From a virus: DNA of 64,000 bases. Positions 60,081 through 64,000 of this stretch are shown in pieces; positions within the stretch are counted from its first letter, which is position 1; the number at the start of each line of letters is the position of its first letter. A program made the position numbers and the translations under genes. Under the pieces are notes generated by a model. It saw nothing but the letters and a program-made list of their open reading frames with translations, ran no database searches and had not been told where the DNA came from. Location: the IMG/VR virus record IMGVR_UViG_3300025978_000012, positions 1-64,000 of that record; one strand, given 5' to 3'.

Positions 60081-61058
60081 ATGGCAAGAAATGCAACAAA
60101 TAAAAATTTAACAAAAGCAAAGAATGAAAAAAACGATGAGTTCTATACAATACTTTCTGACATTGAAAAAGAAGTTCGTCATTACAAAGGACACTTTAAA
60201 GATAAAGTTGTTTTTTGTAATTGCGATGATCCAAGAGTAAGTAATTTTTTCCATTATTTCTCATATAATTTTGAACAATTGGGTTTGAAAAAACTAATTA
60301 CTACATGTTATAAAAATCAAAACATCGATTTATTCAGTGAACATAAATCAGAAAAAGCGATATATTTAGAATATACTGGTGATAAAAATGGAAATAGATT
60401 TCCCGATATTGAAGAAATAGGAATAAAGCAACTAGGGGGAGATGGGGATTTTCGATCTAATGAATGTATTGAACTTTTAAAGCAATCTGATATTATTGTG
60501 ACCAACCCACCTTTTTCATTGTTCAGAGAATATATTGTACAACTTACAGAGTTCAAAAAGAAATTTTTAATTATAGGAAATTGGAATGCAATTACATACA
60601 AAGAAATTTTCAAATTGATAAAGGAAAATAAATTATGGCTTGGCATAAATAGTAATCGTAATTTTTCAGGTTTTATTGTGCCGAAACATTATTCTTTGCA
60701 TGGAACGGAAGCCCGTATTGATGAAAATGGAAACAGAATTGTTTCTACTAATAATACTTGTTGGTTTACAAATCTTGATGTTCAAAAGCGTCATGAAAAT
60801 TTAATTTTGTACAAATTATACAATTATGATGAATATCCTACTTATGATAATTATGATGCCATTAATGTTAATAATACCAAAGATATTCCAATAGATTTTA
60901 ATGGTATAATGGGTGTACCAATTACATTTATAGACAAATACAATCCTGATCAATTTGAAATTATCGGAAATGAATATGATCTTAATATTGAAAAAGGTCG
61001 TGGGTATATTAATGGAAAAAGAATGTATAGTCGTATCTTTATTAAGAGGAGAATATGA
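60081..61058 (+). CDS. Adenine DNA methyltransferase, EcoRI family
   Basis: KNDEFYT, CNCDDP, GDGDFRS, IVTNPPFSLFREY, MGVPITF. Confidence 0.9.
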   Translation: MARNATNKNLTKAKNEKNDEFYTILSDIEKEVRHYKGHFKDKVVFCNCDDPRVSNFFHYFSYNFEQLGLKKLITTCYKNQNIDLFSEHKSEKAIYLEYTGDKNGNRFPDIEEIGIKQLGGDGDFRSNECIELLKQSDIIVTNPPFSLFREYIVQLTEFKKKFLIIGNWNAITYKEIFKLIKENKLWLGINSNRNFSGFIVPKHYSLHGTEARIDENGNRIVSTNNTCWFTNLDVQKRHENLILYKLYNYDEYPTYDNYDAINVNNTKDIPIDFNGIMGVPITFIDKYNPDQFEIIGNEYDLNIEKGRGYINGKRMYSRIFIKRRI

Positions 61059-62146
61059 AAATTGAACTTAAAGAAATTAAAGTCCGTGAGTTGGCGGATG
61101 GTTTCAAAGACAATGATGAAGAAGGTGTAGTAGGTTATGGTGGTAAATTAGACATTCGCCCTCCTTATCAACGAGAATTTATTTACAAGGATAAACAGAG
61201 AGACGCCGTAATTAATACCATTACAAAAAATTTTCCTCTTAATATGATGTATTGGTCAGTTCGTGAAGACGGAAATTTTGAAATAATTGACGGACAACAA
61301 AGAACAATTTCAATTTGCCAATATGTAAATGGTGATTATTCGATAAATGGTTTAGCTTTTCATAACTTAACAAATGACAAACAAAAACAAATTTTAGATT
61401 ATAACCTAATGGTTTATTTTTGTTCGGGTACAGATAGTGAAAAATTGGATTGGTATAAGACAATAAATATAGCGGGTGAAAAACTTACTGAACAGGAATT
61501 GCGTAATGCCGTATATGAAGGTTCGTGGGTTTCTGATGCTAAACGATATTTTTCTAAAAATAATCGCCCTAAAATTGGAGATGATTATTTGAACGGTTCG
61601 GCAAATCGTCAAGAATATTTAGAAACAGCTATTAGTTGGATTAGTGAAAGTAAAATTGAAGATTATATGTCTAAAAATCAACATGAACCAAATGCAAATG
61701 ATTTATGGCTTTATTTTCAGAGTGTAATAAATTGGGTAAGGGTTGTTTTTCCGAAATATAGAAAAGAAATGAAAGGTGTTCCCTGGGGTGAATTTTATAA
61801 CAAATATGGAAAGAAAAAACACGATTCATCAAAATTAGAAAAACGAATTGAACAATTTATGATGGATGATGATGTAATAAATAAAAAAGGAATTTATTCA
61901 TATATACTCACGAGTGATGAAAAATATTTAAATATAAGAGTATTTACTGACACTCAAAAAAGAGCTGCATATGAAAAGCAAAAAGGAATATGTCCTCTTT
62001 GTAAAGGTGAAAACAAGAAAAAGAAATGGGAATTTGAAGAAATGGAAGGAGATCATATAATTCCTTGGTCTGAAGGCGGAAAAACTTCTCCCGAAAATTT
62101 ACAAATGTTGTGTAAAGAGTGTAATAGACGAAAAGGAAATAAATAA
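61055..62146 (+). CDS. DUF262 + HNH endonuclease (putative restriction partner)
   Basis: RPPYQREF, IIDGQQR; CPLC...DHIIPWS-x-GG-x-T-x-x-x-NLQMLC-x-x-CN. Confidence 0.88.
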   Translation: MKIELKEIKVRELADGFKDNDEEGVVGYGGKLDIRPPYQREFIYKDKQRDAVINTITKNFPLNMMYWSVREDGNFEIIDGQQRTISICQYVNGDYSINGLAFHNLTNDKQKQILDYNLMVYFCSGTDSEKLDWYKTINIAGEKLTEQELRNAVYEGSWVSDAKRYFSKNNRPKIGDDYLNGSANRQEYLETAISWISESKIEDYMSKNQHEPNANDLWLYFQSVINWVRVVFPKYRKEMKGVPWGEFYNKYGKKKHDSSKLEKRIEQFMMDDDVINKKGIYSYILTSDEKYLNIRVFTDTQKRAAYEKQKGICPLCKGENKKKKWEFEEMEGDHIIPWSEGGKTSPENLQMLCKECNRRKGNK

Positions 62147-62158
62147 AAGGAAACTATA

Positions 62159-62305
62159 ATGCCTAAAAAACAATCTCCCAAAAAGCCAAAAGAAAAACGC
62201 GACAAGCCTATTTCACTTTATCCACTAAAGCCGGAAGAGGCTCTATCAATATTTATGCAGGCCGATCCTAAAGAGTATAAGGAATGGTTAAAGAAACAAA
62301 AATGA
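62159..62305 (+). CDS. IS passenger: 48-aa protein
   Basis: Not in ORF track; MPKKQSPKKPKEKRDKPISLYPLKPEEALSIFMQADP..., AAGGA RBS, ATGA overlap with next gene. Confidence 0.5.
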   Translation: MPKKQSPKKPKEKRDKPISLYPLKPEEALSIFMQADPKEYKEWLKKQK

Positions 62306-62535
62306 AGTATTACGACATACTATGGACATACGATGATACCATTGATAATAAAATAGAAATTGCTTTTATGCATATTAAAAAAGAAGTCAATATCGCTTTT
62401 AAAAAAGAGATAGTAAAAAATAAGCATAATGCGCCGAGGGCTTTTTGGTTTTTAGAAGATCAAGAAAAAAGATTGACTCAAATATTGGAACTTTATCCTA
62501 ATGTAATTGAGTATTTTAAGGAAAAAGAATTATGA
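62302..62535 (+). CDS. IS passenger: hypothetical protein (likely start MKYYD)
   Basis: ORF track 62284..62535; ATGA coupling at 62302. Confidence 0.5.
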   Translation: MKYYDILWTYDDTIDNKIEIAFMHIKKEVNIAFKKEIVKNKHNAPRAFWFLEDQEKRLTQILELYPNVIEYFKEKEL

Positions 62536-62561
62536 AAATGAAAAAAAATATGATTTTATTT

Positions 62562-62897
62562 TTATCTTTTTTTTGTTTTTACATTTTGTTTAGTATTATT
62601 TTTGTTTTCAATAATAATATTCAATTCTTTGACAGTGATATTATTCGTGATATGTATTTCGTTTATAGTGGTAGTACCGCTACTTGGTTTTTTATAGCGG
62701 TCATAGAGCCATTTTGCGAAAAAGCCACCCGCCGCAGAGGTAAAAATATTAACTGTAATAACAATAGTTGAAATAGATTTATTTAATGGTTTAGCCATTG
62801 ACATGGGTTCATAGATTTCAATGAATCCAAGTTTGTTAAGCGTTCTTATATCATTTAAAAACGTAGGATCAGTAGTTTCAATTGTTAATTCGTTCAT
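62562..62897 (-). CDS. IS passenger: small membrane-associated hypothetical protein
   Basis: 111 aa with hydrophobic segment ending GFFAKWLYD. Confidence 0.5.
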   Translation of the reverse strand: MNELTIETTDPTFLNDIRTLNKLGFIEIYEPMSMAKPLNKSISTIVITVNIFTSAAGGFFAKWLYDRYKKPSSGTTTINEIHITNNITVKELNIIIENKNNTKQNVKTKKR

Positions 62898-62975
62898 ATT
62901 AACAATATCGGAAAATAAAGAAAAAATCGTGAATTATAGCGTTTGGTTTGCCAACTGCATAATTCCGATAATCGT

Positions 62976-63212
62976 TTGTCAATAAGTAAATTACCACAAA
63001 TTAAATGGACTGTTGACCTAGACGTTATACCCTGTTCAGATGATCGTTATGATGGTTGTATTGACGACACAGATGAAGCTGAGGAGGAAAATTTCAAAGA
63101 ATTTCATTCTATTTTACAAAAAATAAATAAAAATATTGAAACGTATCTGACGGCAATAGATAATCAATATGGTACGCAATATTCTCCGACAGGCAAATTA
63201 AGACTATATTAG
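62976..63212 (+). pseudogene. 3' half of the IS-interrupted early gene
   Basis: In frame with 57648-57875 after removing the element and one TSD copy; restores a 154-aa ORF. Confidence 0.85.
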
Positions 63213-63302
63213 TCTATACTAACATCATTAATTTTTTTTTAAAAAAATTAATGATACTATTGACAACCATAAGCCGGTTATGTATATTACATACATAGAG
63301 AT
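63208..63302 (+). promoter_or_regulatory. Repeated early-promoter cassette, copy 2
   Basis: Near-identical to 57134-57227; TTGACA-17 bp-TATATT. Confidence 0.85.
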
Positions 63303-63343
63303 TAACTGGGGCCGCCGACCCTACAACGGCAAGGAGAAAAAAT

Positions 63344-63583
63344 ATGAGCTATGTACAACGGTGCGCGCGCATGATGAACGACGAAACCGGGTTCGCTAAC
63401 GGCGAAAAGTTTTTATCCGCTTGTGATGTCCGTGAATATTTTACCGTAGACAATATGCTTGAAATGTTCGGGAGCGACTACCCACGGTATTACGGCCGCG
63501 ATAAGAACGAGGATATAACGGCTGATGTACTGCGAGATTATGCAGACTATGTAATCGAAAATAAATTACATTGCGATTTTTAG
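63344..63583 (+). CDS. Early hypothetical protein
   Basis: 79 aa, AAGGAG RBS. Confidence 0.65.
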   Translation: MSYVQRCARMMNDETGFANGEKFLSACDVREYFTVDNMLEMFGSDYPRYYGRDKNEDITADVLRDYADYVIENKLHCDF

Positions 63584-63654
63584 TACGCTCTCAAGCCCTC
63601 ACCCGCATCATTGGAGCGGAGAGGGCAAAACACAAATAAAACAGGAGGAGCAAA

Positions 63655-63852
63655 ATGATAAACCACATAGACCACATTTTCGACGCGTATGAAACGGCAG
63701 TAATGGAACTCAACAACATGCCGACGACGGGAAAAAATGAAAAACGCGCGGAGATAGAATTGTCAATTAAAGTCTTCAGCGCTGCGATTAAAATCCTCGT
63801 CGAAAATCAACGCATAGTTTTTAACACATTTAAAATAGGACAAAGAAAATGA
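63655..63852 (+). CDS. Early hypothetical protein
   Basis: 65 aa, AGGAGG RBS. Confidence 0.6.
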   Translation: MINHIDHIFDAYETAVMELNNMPTTGKNEKRAEIELSIKVFSAAIKILVENQRIVFNTFKIGQRK

Positions 63853-64000
63853 ATGTTGATTTCACTGGGGCAAATTTGACCGGGGCAAATTTGACCGGGG
63901 CAAATCTGACCGGAGCCAACCGATTCAGGGCCAACCTAACCGGAGCCGATCTTACCGGGGCTAATTTATTCGGAATAAATTTTTTCGGAATAAATTTTTT
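63849..64000 (+). CDS. Pentapeptide repeat protein, partial
   Basis: [42 protein letters not shown]...; ATGA overlap; runs off right edge. Confidence 0.8.
   Translation, partial: MNVDFTGANLTGANLTGANLTGANRFRANLTGADLTGANLFGINFFGINF

Larger units (their letters stand above)
57876..62967 (+). mobile_element. IS1595-family element with passenger genes, 5,092 bp
   Basis: 24-bp TIRs CGGAATTATGC(C/A)GTTGGCAAACCA at 57876-57899 and 62944-62967; 8-bp TSD ATAATCGT at 57868-57875 and 62968-62975; internal transposase. Confidence 0.95.

Noticed and set aside
63595-63626. GC-rich hairpin as a terminator
   Set aside because: No U-tract on the plus strand; could be a processing or stability stem but unsupported
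1-64000. Stop-codon reassignment, tRNA, rRNA, integrase or att sites
   Set aside because: Core genes are full length in the standard code; no cloverleaf, rRNA or recombinase recognised by eye (tRNAscan-SE would be decisive)

Overview
The whole window is a fragment of an AT-rich (roughly 30% GC by eye) tailed myovirus genome, standard genetic code, with no bacterial housekeeping backbone and no integrase visible. Bases 1-57,060 are almost all minus-strand. Read right to left in transcription order they encode: a 9-gene glycan biosynthesis/modification locus (5 glycosyltransferases, 2 methyltransferases, 2 radical SAM enzymes, one carrying an HNH intein); an AT-rich non-coding stretch; RusA; terminase small and large subunits; a GC-rich rfbA; small hypotheticals; portal; lysis genes; a MuF-like protein; three large polyvalent-type proteins; prohead protease, scaffold and a Herelleviridae-like major capsid; then neck, sheath, tube, chaperones, tape measure, baseplate and a tail fibre that runs off the left edge. 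From 57,130 on is a plus-strand early region with a repeated promoter cassette. It is interrupted by a complete 5,092-bp IS1595-family element (24-bp TIRs, 8-bp TSD) carrying an EcoRI-family MTase and a DUF262-HNH nuclease. The most distinctive signal is in the head module. A hydrophobic-x-K-A motif, matching the expected capsid maturation site, recurs at domain boundaries of the large polyvalent proteins and is often followed by one of two short repeated modules. This suggests protease-processed, capsid-packaged polyproteins built from swappable cassettes. All family assignments come from motif recognition by eye, not from database searches.
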